Position numbers and translations under genes: made by a program. Below the pieces are notes generated by a model. The model did no database searches. It saw nothing but the letters and a program-made list of their open reading frames with translations, and was not told where the DNA came from. From Candidatus Saccharimonadota bacterium (GTDB lineage Bacteria; Pseudomonadota; Gammaproteobacteria; Enterobacterales; Enterobacteriaceae): a stretch of 32,000 nt of DNA. Shown piece by piece: positions 24,138 to 32,000 of this stretch (position 1 is the stretch's first letter; each line of letters begins with the position of its first letter). The stretch spans positions 1 through 32,000 of the forward strand of contig NC_008513.1 of NCBI RefSeq assembly GCF_000090965.1. The letters run 5' to 3'.

Positions 24138-27100
24138 TTAATTATTGTTTAATTCAATATTTATTCCTAAAGAACGTATTTCTTTTACTAAAACATTAAA
24201 AGATTCTGGCATACCTGGTTCCATATTATGTTTTCCACTAACAATGTTTTTATACATTTTAGTTCTTCCAGTTACATCATCTGATTTTACAGTTAACATT
24301 TCTTGTAAAGTATGTGACGCTCCGTATGCTTCTAAAGCCCATACTTCCATTTCTCCAAATCTTTGCCCACCAAACTGTGCTTTCCCACCCAGCGGTTGTT
24401 GTGTAATTAAACTATATGATCCAGTAGATCGAGCATGCATTTTATCATCTACTAAATGGTTTAGTTTTAACATATACATGTATCCAACGGTAACATTTCT
24501 TTCAAATTTTTCACCTGTTCTACCATCGAATAATGTAATCTGTCCAGAAGTAGAAAAATTACTCATTTTTAATAATTTTTTTATTTCTTTTTCATTAACA
24601 CCATCAAAAACTGGTGTAGCAATAGGTAATCCTATACGTAAATTTTTTGCTAATTGTAATATTTCTATATCAGAAAAATTATCTAAATTAATTTTTTGAT
24701 TTATATTTTCACCAAGATTATATACTTTTTGTAAAAATTTACGGATTTTATATATTTTTTTATTTGTTTTTAGCATTCTATTAATTATATTTCCAATACC
24801 TTTTGCTGCTAATCCTAAATGTGTTTCAAGAATTTGACCTAAATTCATACGTGAAGGTACACCTAGAGGATTTAATACAATATCAATAGGTTCACCATTA
24901 TTATCATAAGGCATGTCTTCAACAGGATTTATTTTTGATACAACTCCTTTATTTCCGTGTCGACCAGCCATTTTATCACCTGGTTGTATTTTTCGTTTTA
25001 CAGCTAGAAAAATTTTTACAATTTTTAAAATTCCTGGAGCTAATTCGTCACCTTGTATTATTTTTTTAGTTTTTTCTTTAATTTTTTTTTTAAATTTTTT
25101 TTGTAGTTGTTTATATTGTATTTTTAATGTATGAATTTTTTTTTTGATTTTTTTTGGATATTTTATTTTTTTTTTAAAATATTCATTTAAAGAATTAGCT
25201 ACAATACAATTTATTTTTGTTTTTAATGTAAGTAATATTTTGTTTATTCGATTGATAATATTTAATTCAAAAATTTTTAATTCTTCTGTTAAATCTTTTT
25301 TTGCTTTTTTTAATAGCATTTCTTCTATTTCTATTGTGCGTTTGTCTTTTTTTACTCCATCTCTAGTAAATATTTGTACATCGATCACAGTTCCATTAGT
25401 TCCGTTTGGAACACGTAGAGAGGAATCTTTTACATCAGAAGCTTTTTCTCCAAAAATTGCTCTTAATAATTTTTCTTCAGGAGTTAACTGAGTTTCTCCT
25501 TTTGGGGTAACTTTTCCTACTAGAACATCACCACTAGATACGTCAGCACCTATATATATAATTCCCGAAGTATCTAATTTAGATAATGCTGATTCTCCAA
25601 TATTAGGTATATCTGATGTAATTTCTTCTATTCCAAGTTTTGTATCTCTGCAAATACAAGATAATTCTTGAATATGAATTGTAGTAAATTTATCTTCTCT
25701 TTCTACTTTTTCTGAAATTAATATTGAATCTTCAAAATTGTATCCATTCCAAGGCATAAATGCAACGCGCATATTTTGTCCAAGTGCTAATTCTCCTAAA
25801 TCAGTTGAAGGTCCGTCAGCTAAAACATCACCTTTTTTAATAGAATCATTTAAATTAATACATGGAATTTGATTAATACAAGTATTTTGATTAGATCTTG
25901 AATATTTTGTAAGATTATATATATCTATTCCTGATTCATAAGTACGAATTTTTTCATCTTTAATTCGTACAACAATACGTGAAGCATCAACATATTCAAT
26001 TTTTCCACTTCTTTTAGCAATAATTGTTACACCAGAATCAATAGCTACAGATCTTTCCATTCCTGTACCTACTAATGGTTTTTCTGATTTTATTGTAGGA
26101 ACTGCTTGTCTTTGCATATTTGCACCCATTAATGCTCTATTTGCATCATCATGTTCTAAAAATGGTATTAAAGATGCTCCTACTGAAACGATTTGTTGTG
26201 TCGATATATCCATATAATTTACTTTTTTATTTTTAAATAAACCAAATTCTCCATTATATCTACATGTAACAAATTTTTTATAAAATTTTCCAAATTTATT
26301 AATTTTAGTATTAGCTTGAGCAATAATATAATTACCTTCTTCAATAGCTGATAAATATTTAATTTTTGTTGTGACTGTACCATTTTTTACTTTTCTATAT
26401 GGAGTTTCTAAAAAACCATACTGATTTGTTCTCGCATATATAGATAAAGAATTAATTAAACCAATATTTGGTCCTTCTGGTGTTTCTACTGGACATACTC
26501 TACCATAATGTGTAGGATGCACATCTCGTACTTCAAAACCTGCTCGTTCTCTAGTTAATCCTCCTATTCCTAATGCAGAAATTCTACGTTTATGTGTAAT
26601 TTCTGCTAATGGATTGTTTTGATCCATAAATTGAGATAATTGACTAGATCCAAAAAATTCTTTTATAGCAGAAGAAATGGGTTTAGCATTAATAATATCT
26701 TGAGGCATTAGTGTGTCTAAATCACTCAGAGATAGTCTTTCACGTACAGCTCTTTCTACCCTAACTAATCCAATTCTAAATTGATTTTCAACCATTTCCC
26801 CAACTGATCTTACTCTTCTATTACTTAAGTGATCAATATCATCAATTTCTCCTTTTCCATTTTTAATATTAATTAATTTTTTAATTACATCTATAATATC
26901 TTCTTTATTTAATATTCCTGATCCTTTTTTTTCTTTTCTTTTAAGAGATTTATTAAATTTCATTCGTCCAACAGGAGAAAGATCATATCTTTCCTGAGAA
27001 AAAAAAAGATTATTAAATAAATTTTCTGCGGCTTCTTTAGTAGGTGGTTCTCCTGGTCGCATAATTTTATATATTTCAATTAATGCTGTTAATCGATCTT

Positions 27101-28169
27101 TAGTTGTATCAATTTTTAAGGTTTCTGAAATATACGCTCCGTTATCAATATTATTAGTAAATAATACATAAAATTTTTTGTTATTAAAATTTTTAATTTT
27201 ATTAAATTCATCTTGTGTTAATGTTGTATTTGATTTTATTAATATTTCTTTTGTTTTTGGATGGTAATAATTTTTACTTATAGTTTTTCCATATAAATAT
27301 TCTTCAGGAATTTGAATTGTTTTGATTTTTTTTTTCTTTAGTTTTTTTATATGTTCTGTTGTTATTCTTTCTCCTTTTTTTATATATCTTTTTTTGTTTT
27401 TTATAATTTCAAATGGAATGATTTCTCCTTTTAATCGTTTAGGAATTAAATACATATAAATATTTTTATTTTTAATATAAAAAATATCATGTTTAAAAAA
27501 TATTTTTAAAATTTTTTCTGTACTAAAATTTAAAGCATGTAATAATACAGTAGCTGGTATTTTTCTACGACGATCTATTCGTATAAATAAATGATCTTTA
27601 GGATCAAATTCAACATCTAGCCAAGATCCTCGATAAGGAATAATTCTTGCGTTGTATAATATTTTTCCTGAAGAATGTGTTTTTCCTTTGTCACTATCAA
27701 AAAAAACACCCGGACTTCTATGTAATTGTGATACTACGACTCTTTCAGTACCATTAATAATAAATGTACCATTATGTGTCATTAATGGTAATTCACCCAT
27801 ATATACTTCTTGTTCTTTAATGTGTTTTACGTTTGTATTTTTTGAATCTTTTTCATAAATAATTAGTTGTAATTTTACTCTTAATGGAACAGAATATGTA
27901 GTTCCTCTAGTTTTTGATTCATACATATCAAATAATTTTTTTCCTAATGTATATGATACATATTGTAGTTCAGCACATCCGTTATAACTACGTATAGGAA
28001 AAATTGATTGAAAAGCAGATTCTAATCCTTGATAATTGTTTTTTTTTGGTTCAATAAATTTTTTAAATGAATCTATTTGAATAGATAATAAGTAAGGAAT
28101 ATCTAAAATTTTTGGTTGTTTTCCAAAATTTTCACGAATACGTTTTTTTTCAGTATAAGAATAAATCAT
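24138..28169 (-). CDS. rpoB: DNA-directed RNA polymerase subunit beta
   Basis: 1343 aa (E. coli 1342). The N-terminus is [19 protein letters not shown], and it contains [28 protein letters not shown] (the rifampicin cluster region) and NMQRQAVP. The SD GAGGA lies upstream. Confidence 0.99.
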   Translation of the reverse strand: MIYSYTEKKRIRENFGKQPKILDIPYLLSIQIDSFKKFIEPKKNNYQGLESAFQSIFPIRSYNGCAELQYVSYTLGKKLFDMYESKTRGTTYSVPLRVKLQLIIYEKDSKNTNVKHIKEQEVYMGELPLMTHNGTFIINGTERVVVSQLHRSPGVFFDSDKGKTHSSGKILYNARIIPYRGSWLDVEFDPKDHLFIRIDRRRKIPATVLLHALNFSTEKILKIFFKHDIFYIKNKNIYMYLIPKRLKGEIIPFEIIKNKKRYIKKGERITTEHIKKLKKKKIKTIQIPEEYLYGKTISKNYYHPKTKEILIKSNTTLTQDEFNKIKNFNNKKFYVLFTNNIDNGAYISETLKIDTTKDRLTALIEIYKIMRPGEPPTKEAAENLFNNLFFSQERYDLSPVGRMKFNKSLKRKEKKGSGILNKEDIIDVIKKLINIKNGKGEIDDIDHLSNRRVRSVGEMVENQFRIGLVRVERAVRERLSLSDLDTLMPQDIINAKPISSAIKEFFGSSQLSQFMDQNNPLAEITHKRRISALGIGGLTRERAGFEVRDVHPTHYGRVCPVETPEGPNIGLINSLSIYARTNQYGFLETPYRKVKNGTVTTKIKYLSAIEEGNYIIAQANTKINKFGKFYKKFVTCRYNGEFGLFKNKKVNYMDISTQQIVSVGASLIPFLEHDDANRALMGANMQRQAVPTIKSEKPLVGTGMERSVAIDSGVTIIAKRSGKIEYVDASRIVVRIKDEKIRTYESGIDIYNLTKYSRSNQNTCINQIPCINLNDSIKKGDVLADGPSTDLGELALGQNMRVAFMPWNGYNFEDSILISEKVEREDKFTTIHIQELSCICRDTKLGIEEITSDIPNIGESALSKLDTSGIIYIGADVSSGDVLVGKVTPKGETQLTPEEKLLRAIFGEKASDVKDSSLRVPNGTNGTVIDVQIFTRDGVKKDKRTIEIEEMLLKKAKKDLTEELKIFELNIINRINKILLTLKTKINCIVANSLNEYFKKKIKYPKKIKKKIHTLKIQYKQLQKKFKKKIKEKTKKIIQGDELAPGILKIVKIFLAVKRKIQPGDKMAGRHGNKGVVSKINPVEDMPYDNNGEPIDIVLNPLGVPSRMNLGQILETHLGLAAKGIGNIINRMLKTNKKIYKIRKFLQKVYNLGENINQKINLDNFSDIEILQLAKNLRIGLPIATPVFDGVNEKEIKKLLKMSNFSTSGQITLFDGRTGEKFERNVTVGYMYMLKLNHLVDDKMHARSTGSYSLITQQPLGGKAQFGGQRFGEMEVWALEAYGASHTLQEMLTVKSDDVTGRTKMYKNIVSGKHNMEPGMPESFNVLVKEIRSLGINIELNNN

Positions 28170-28327
28170 TATTTCCTCAATATGTTAATAAAAATTAAAA
28201 ATTTTTAGTTATAAATATAAATGTATATTTGGTATGATTTTGAATAGAAATAATATTTTTAATTTTAAATATATTTTATTAATACTAATGAGATTAATTA
28301 TTTGTATTATATAAATATATATTTAAC

Positions 28328-28354
28328 TAGTGACTTAATAATTATTAGTCACTA
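28328..28354 (-). promoter_or_regulatory. Hairpin in the rplL-rpoB spacer (candidate attenuator or processing stem)
   Basis: A perfect 8-bp stem TAGTGACT-N11-AGTCACTA, plus a flanking U-G pair on the - strand, lies 42 nt downstream of the rplL stop. It is the only G/C-bearing dyad in the 226-nt spacer. It sits at the same position as the E. coli rplL-rpoB attenuator and RNase III site. Confidence 0.4.
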
Positions 28355-28395
28355 ATTTTTATATATATATTGAAATAGATATGAATATTCTAATT

Positions 28396-28764
28396 TTATG
28401 TAATTTCAGCTTCAGCACCTGAATCTATAAGATTTTTTTTTAAAGATTCAGCATCTTGTTTATTGATGTTTTCTTTAATAATAGTAGGCGCTGATTCTAC
28501 TAGATCTTTAGATTCTTTTAATCCTAATCCTGTTGTACTTCTTATAATTTTAATAATCGCTACTTTATTTGGTCCTATAGCATTTAATTTAACAGTAAAA
28601 GCTGTTTTCTCTTCTGGTACTTTTTCTTGAATAGTTTGTGTAGAATTTAATGAAATATTTGATGAAATATTAAATTTTTTTTCTATATTAGAAATTAATT
28701 TCATAATATTTTTTATTGACATTTCAGAAATTGCATCTAGAATCTCTTTTCTAGTAATTGACAT
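28396..28764 (-). CDS. rplL: 50S ribosomal protein L7/L12
   Basis: 122 aa. It reads [21 protein letters not shown]... then [27 protein letters not shown], collinear with E. coli L7/L12. Confidence 0.97.
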   Translation of the reverse strand: MSITRKEILDAISEMSIKNIMKLISNIEKKFNISSNISLNSTQTIQEKVPEEKTAFTVKLNAIGPNKVAIIKIIRSTTGLGLKESKDLVESAPTIIKENINKQDAESLKKNLIDSGAEAEIT

Positions 28765-28815
28765 AAATTTTATTCCTAAAATATTTAATAGTATATAGAT
28801 AATGTAAATTTTATA

Positions 28816-29301
28816 TTATTTTTTTGTAATATTTTGTAATACTCTAATAAATTTTCCTAAAGATATTTCCTTTAATAAAATAACAAATTTAGTAATTGAT
28901 TCTATATGAGTTGGTAAATTTGCTAAATCTTTTATTTCATGAATATTTAATATTTTTTTTTCATAAATAGCATTTAAAATTTTAAAATTAATATTTTTTT
29001 TATTAAATTTTATAAATAATCTACTTGCACTGCCAGGATGTTTCATTGAAAATCCTACTAAAATCGGTCCTTTTATTATATTTATTAATTTAGAAAATAT
29101 TGTTTTTTTTAAAGATTTTTTTAATAATGTATTTCTTATAACATATATTTTTATATTATTTATTTTAGCTTTTTTTCTTAATTTATTAATAATGTTTACA
29201 GTAATTTTTGAAGGATTTGCTGTAATGATAGATAATGATTTATTTGCTACATTATTAATTTTTTTTATTATTTTTTTTTTTTTATTACGATTTAATGCCA
29301 T
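28816..29301 (-). CDS. rplJ: 50S ribosomal protein L10
   Basis: 161 aa (E. coli 165). It starts MALN, and contains YVIRNTLLKKSL and FSMKHPGSASRLFIKF (E. coli YSMEHPGAAARLFKEF). The SD AGGA lies upstream. Confidence 0.95.
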   Translation of the reverse strand: MALNRNKKKKIIKKINNVANKSLSIITANPSKITVNIINKLRKKAKINNIKIYVIRNTLLKKSLKKTIFSKLINIIKGPILVGFSMKHPGSASRLFIKFNKKNINFKILNAIYEKKILNIHEIKDLANLPTHIESITKFVILLKEISLGKFIRVLQNITKK

Positions 29302-29472
29302 TTTTTTATCCTAATTATGATTATTTTTTATAATTTATAAAAAATAATTTATACTATGAATGTTCAGGATAGAAGGCTTACTTGTATATTTTATTAAATA
29401 TTTAATATATATTTTATTGAAAAGAATATTTAACTAAGAATAATAACGAGTATTATTTTTAATATTATTATC

Positions 29473-30153
29473 TTACAAGGATAAATGATCTATTATAATT
29501 CCTGGACCCATAGTAGTAGAAATATTTATTTTTTTATAATAAATTCCTTTAAATTGATTGGGTTGAGATTTTTTTATATCTTGGTATAATGTTAAAAAAT
29601 TTTCATATAATTCTTTTTCAGAAAAATTTATTTTTCCAAAATTACTATGTATAATTCCATTTTTATCATTTCTATAATTTATTTTTCCTTTTTTTGCTTC
29701 TTGTATTGCTTTTTTTATATCTTTAGTAATTGTTCCAAATTTTGGATTAGGCATAATTCCTTTTGGTCCTAATATAGGGCCTAATTTTCCAACAATATGC
29801 ATAGTTTCTGGTGATGCAATTACTAAATCGATTTTTTTTTTTTGATTTGTTATTAGATTAGCTAAATCTTCTAGTCCCACATAATCAGCTCCTGCTAATT
29901 GAGCAATTTTTATATTTTTACCAGTAGTAAATACTGCAATTTTAATTGTATTACCAGTTCCGTGTGGTAATAATACTGATCCTCTAACATTTTGTTCTGA
30001 TTTTTTAGGATCAATATTTAAATTAAATGCAGCATCAATGCTTTCAATAAATTTAGCAGATTTTTTGTTTTTTAATAGTTGAATTGCTTCTTTTATATTG
30101 TATATTTTTTTATTTTTTTTATTAAAAGTATAATTTTTTTTTTTTTTTTTCAT
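29473..30153 (-). CDS. rplA: 50S ribosomal protein L1
   Basis: 226 aa. It reads YNIKEAIQLLKNKKSAKFIESIDAAFNLNIDPKKSEQNVRGSVLLPHGTGN, collinear with E. coli L1. The ATG is followed directly by a 17-nt A run. Confidence 0.96.
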   Translation of the reverse strand: MKKKKKNYTFNKKNKKIYNIKEAIQLLKNKKSAKFIESIDAAFNLNIDPKKSEQNVRGSVLLPHGTGNTIKIAVFTTGKNIKIAQLAGADYVGLEDLANLITNQKKKIDLVIASPETMHIVGKLGPILGPKGIMPNPKFGTITKDIKKAIQEAKKGKINYRNDKNGIIHSNFGKINFSEKELYENFLTLYQDIKKSQPNQFKGIYYKKINISTTMGPGIIIDHLSL

Positions 30154-30155
30154 AA

Positions 30156-30590
30156 TTATTCCTGTATAACAGAAATGCCCATAGAACGTGCTGTTCCCTC
30201 AATAGTTTTTACTATTTTATCTATATTTGATCCAGTCATATCAATCATTTTTTGTTTAGCAATATCATATATTTGTTTTTTTGTAATTTTTCCAATAATT
30301 TCATGTTTTGGTTTTTTAGATCCGATTTTTATTCCTAAAGATTTTTTTAATAAAATTGAAGCTGGCGGAGTTTTAATAATAAAAGTAAAACTTTTATCAG
30401 AATAAACAGTTATAAGTACTGGTACTGGCATTCCTTTTTCTTTTTGTAATGTTTGTGAATTAAAATTCTTACAAAATTCCATAATATTAACTCCTTTTTG
30501 TCCTAAAGCTGGTCCTATTGGAGGACTAGGATTTGCCATTCCACATGGTATTTGTAATTTTATATATGATGTAATTTTTTTATTAATCAT
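30156..30590 (-). CDS. rplK: 50S ribosomal protein L11
   Basis: 144 aa. It reads [36 protein letters not shown], close to E. coli L11. The SD AAGGA lies upstream, and its stop is 2 nt before the rplA start. Confidence 0.98.
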   Translation of the reverse strand: MINKKITSYIKLQIPCGMANPSPPIGPALGQKGVNIMEFCKNFNSQTLQKEKGMPVPVLITVYSDKSFTFIIKTPPASILLKKSLGIKIGSKKPKHEIIGKITKKQIYDIAKQKMIDMTGSNIDKIVKTIEGTARSMGISVIQE

Positions 30591-30640
30591 ATAATTCCTT
30601 ATTTTATGTGATTATAGAAATATTTTTTATTAGATAGAAT

Positions 30641-31183
30641 TTAATATTTTTCAACTTGTCTAAAATCTAATTCAACAGGTGTTGAACGTCCAAATATTGA
30701 TACAGAGACTTTGAGTCTGTTTTTTTCATAATCGATAGTTTCAACAATTCCGTTAAAATCTGAAAATGGACCATCATTTACTCGAACATTTTCTCCTGGT
30801 TCAAATATTTTTTTTGGTCTAGGTTTATCACCAATTTTTTTAAGTTTATCTAAAATTAAATTAATTTCATGGTTGTTAACTGGAGTTGGTTGTTCAGAAG
30901 AACTACCTATAAAACCTAATACTTTTGGTAAATTTTTAATTATATGCCAACTATAATTGTTCATTATCATATGAATTAAAATATATCCTGGAAAAAATTT
31001 ATAATCACTTTTTTTTCTTTTTCCCTTTTTTATTTCTATTACTTCTTCAGAAGGTATAATAACTTTTCCGAAAATTTCTTTCATTTTTTTTATTTTTTCA
31101 TTATTTATAATTGATTGTAATACTTGATTTTCAAATCCTGAAAATGTTTGAAGTACATACCATTTTTTTTTATTTATACACAA
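30641..31183 (-). CDS. nusG: Transcription termination/antitermination factor NusG
   Basis: [17 protein letters not shown] aligns with E. coli KKRWYVVQAFSGFEGRV, and a C-terminal KOW region is present. The track start at 31210 is actually a TTG with no SD and overlaps secE by 25 nt. I prefer the in-frame TTG at 31183: a GAGG sits 8 nt upstream, it lies 2 nt after the secE stop, and it gives 180 aa (E. coli 181). The start is uncertain between these two. Confidence 0.9.
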   Translation of the reverse strand: MCINKKKWYVLQTFSGFENQVLQSIINNEKIKKMKEIFGKVIIPSEEVIEIKKGKRKKSDYKFFPGYILIHMIMNNYSWHIIKNLPKVLGFIGSSSEQPTPVNNHEINLILDKLKKIGDKPRPKKIFEPGENVRVNDGPFSDFNGIVETIDYEKNRLKVSVSIFGRSTPVELDFRQVEKY

Positions 31184-31185
31184 TT

Positions 31186-31578
31186 TTATAACCTCGGAGT
31201 AAGTACCCAAGATATTATTCTAAGTATAATTCCATCTAATAGCCATAAAAATATAGATGTTAAAATAGTTAGTAATAAAATTATTCCTGTTATTTTTAAA
31301 GTTTCTTTATAATTTGGCCAAATAATATGAGACAATTCTATTTTTATAGAATGTATAAATTTTAGAGTATGTTGACCGATATTAGTATTTATAAAAATAC
31401 TAACTATTAATATTAATAATGTACTAAAATATATTATCTTTGTTATTTTTAAAAATTTATAAACAAAAAAATAATAATTCACTATTATTGATAATATAAT
31501 TAAAAATATGCACAACCATTTTATTTTTTCAGCATGATTTATGTATATTTTATGTATATTCTGAATATGCATAATCAT
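31186..31578 (-). CDS. secE: Protein translocase subunit SecE
   Basis: 130 aa (E. coli 127) with three hydrophobic segments. The conserved C-terminal part [45 protein letters not shown] matches E. coli EVRKVIWPTRQETLHTT...LWGLDGILVRLVSFI. Confidence 0.93.
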   Translation of the reverse strand: MIMHIQNIHKIYINHAEKIKWLCIFLIILSIIVNYYFFVYKFLKITKIIYFSTLLILIVSIFINTNIGQHTLKFIHSIKIELSHIIWPNYKETLKITGIILLLTILTSIFLWLLDGIILRIISWVLTPRL

Positions 31579-31769
31579 AAGATCTCTTATAAAATTTAAT
31601 TTTAAAAAACAATTGTATATAAAATTGTTTTTAAAAAAATAATATTATGAATTTTGAATTTTTATTTTTAGTTTATTTTAAATTAAAATATCAAAAATTG
31701 ATTTTTTTTTTTTGATGTATGTGTGATTTTCCGAAAAGAATAAAAAATTATATTATTAAACGATTTTAA

Positions 31770-31843
31770 TGCTGATACCTAGATTTGAACTAGGGACCTC
31801 ATCCATACCAAGGATGTGCTCTACCTAACTAAGCTATATCAGC
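31770..31843 (-). tRNA. thrT: tRNA-Thr (anticodon GGU), no encoded CCA
   Basis: The reverse complement reads GCTGATATAGCTTAGTTAGGTAGAGCACATCCTTGGTATGGATGAGGTCCCTAGTTCAAATCTAGGTATCAGCA. It folds as a 74-nt cloverleaf with anticodon loop TTGGTAT. Its position matches the E. coli thrU-tyrU-glyT-thrT cluster upstream of (tufB-)secE. Confidence 0.92.
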
Positions 31844-31896
31844 TAAAAACTAAAAATATCTATAAAATAAAATAAATATAATTTTAAAAATTATAT

Positions 31897-31968
31897 AGCG
31901 GTCAGCGGGAATCGAACCCGCATCATTAGCTTGGAAGGCTAAGATAATATCCTTTATACGATGACCGC
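31897..31968 (-). tRNA. glyT: tRNA-Gly (anticodon UCC), no encoded CCA
   Basis: The reverse complement reads GCGGTCATCGTATAAAGGATATTATCTTAGCCTTCCAAGCTAATGATGCGGGTTCGATTCCCGCTGACCGCT. It is near-identical to E. coli glyT, with anticodon loop CTTCCAA. Confidence 0.93.
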
Positions 31969-31980
31969 TTTAATTTGTAT

Positions 31981-32000
31981 TGGTGGGAGAAGGATTCGAA
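31981..32000 (-). tRNA. tyrU: 3' end of tRNA-Tyr (truncated by the window edge), no encoded CCA
   Basis: The reverse complement TTCGAATCCTTCTCCCACCA matches the T-arm and acceptor 3' end of E. coli tRNA-Tyr (GGTTCGAATCCTTCCCCCACCA). Synteny with tyrU-glyT-thrT supports this. Only 20 nt are visible. Confidence 0.7.

Noticed and set aside
24145-27858. Four + strand ORFs (24145-24699, 24913-25134, 25144-25491, 27652-27858)
   Set aside because: All are antisense within rpoB, so they are spurious.
29358-29380. + strand GAATGTTCAGGATAGAAGGCTTAC resembles the 23S rRNA GTPase-associated-centre sequence GAUGUUGGCUUAGAAGCAGCC
   Set aside because: The resemblance is on the non-transcribed strand relative to rplJ. 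The RNA would carry the complement, so this is probably coincidence. I keep only the weaker claim of a constrained G/C island.
30079-30405. 108-aa ORF on the + strand
   Set aside because: It is antisense across the rplA/rplK junction, so it is spurious.
31605-31632. 10-bp dyad AAAAACAATT-N8-AATTGTTTTT 27 nt upstream of secE, as a terminator of the tRNA operon
   Set aside because: It has only two G/C pairs. A terminator 27 nt before the secE ATG would leave no room for a secE promoter. It could equally be a leader structure or chance, so it is mentioned only within the tRNA-cluster finding.

Overview
This is an extremely AT-rich, gene-dense window with only housekeeping genes. Spacers are almost pure A/T and proteins are strongly K/I/N/F/Y-shifted. 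Gene order and protein sequences point to the chromosome-start region of a strongly reduced gammaproteobacterial insect endosymbiont of the Buchnera aphidicola type. GroEL in particular is near-identical to the Buchnera GroEL sequence as I recall it. This organism call rests on memory and synteny, not a database search. Layout: mnmG(+) | gyrB-dnaN-dnaA(-) | rpmH-rnpA-yidC-mnmE(+) | tRNA-Phe(-) | sigma-32 promoter-groES-groEL-efp(+) | dnaC-rsmD(-) | ftsY-rpoH-metE(+) | rpoC-rpoB-rplL-rplJ-rplA-rplK-nusG-secE-tRNA-Thr-tRNA-Gly-tRNA-Tyr(partial)(-). All large ORFs are intact. rpmH (44 aa) is missing from the ORF track and was found by eye. I see no mobile elements, CRISPR, toxin/defence genes, accessory islands or unexplained multi-gene cassettes, so I do not claim a novel system. 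The points worth a second look are signatures of reductive evolution. (1) mnmG abuts gyrB with no atp operon between them. (2) YidC is cut down to its C-terminal core behind a 407-nt A/T-only spacer. (3) dnaT is absent, and as I recall the ancestral order, so are glmSU, metR, purH and hupA. (4) Essential genes carry very long poly(A) tracts, including A17 in gyrB and A17 directly after the rplA start codon. (5) A few GC-containing islands stand out in the spacers: a groE heat-shock promoter, several hairpins, and an rplJ-leader island. (6) The tRNA genes lack an encoded CCA. The other ORFs in the track lie antisense to conserved genes and are treated as spurious.
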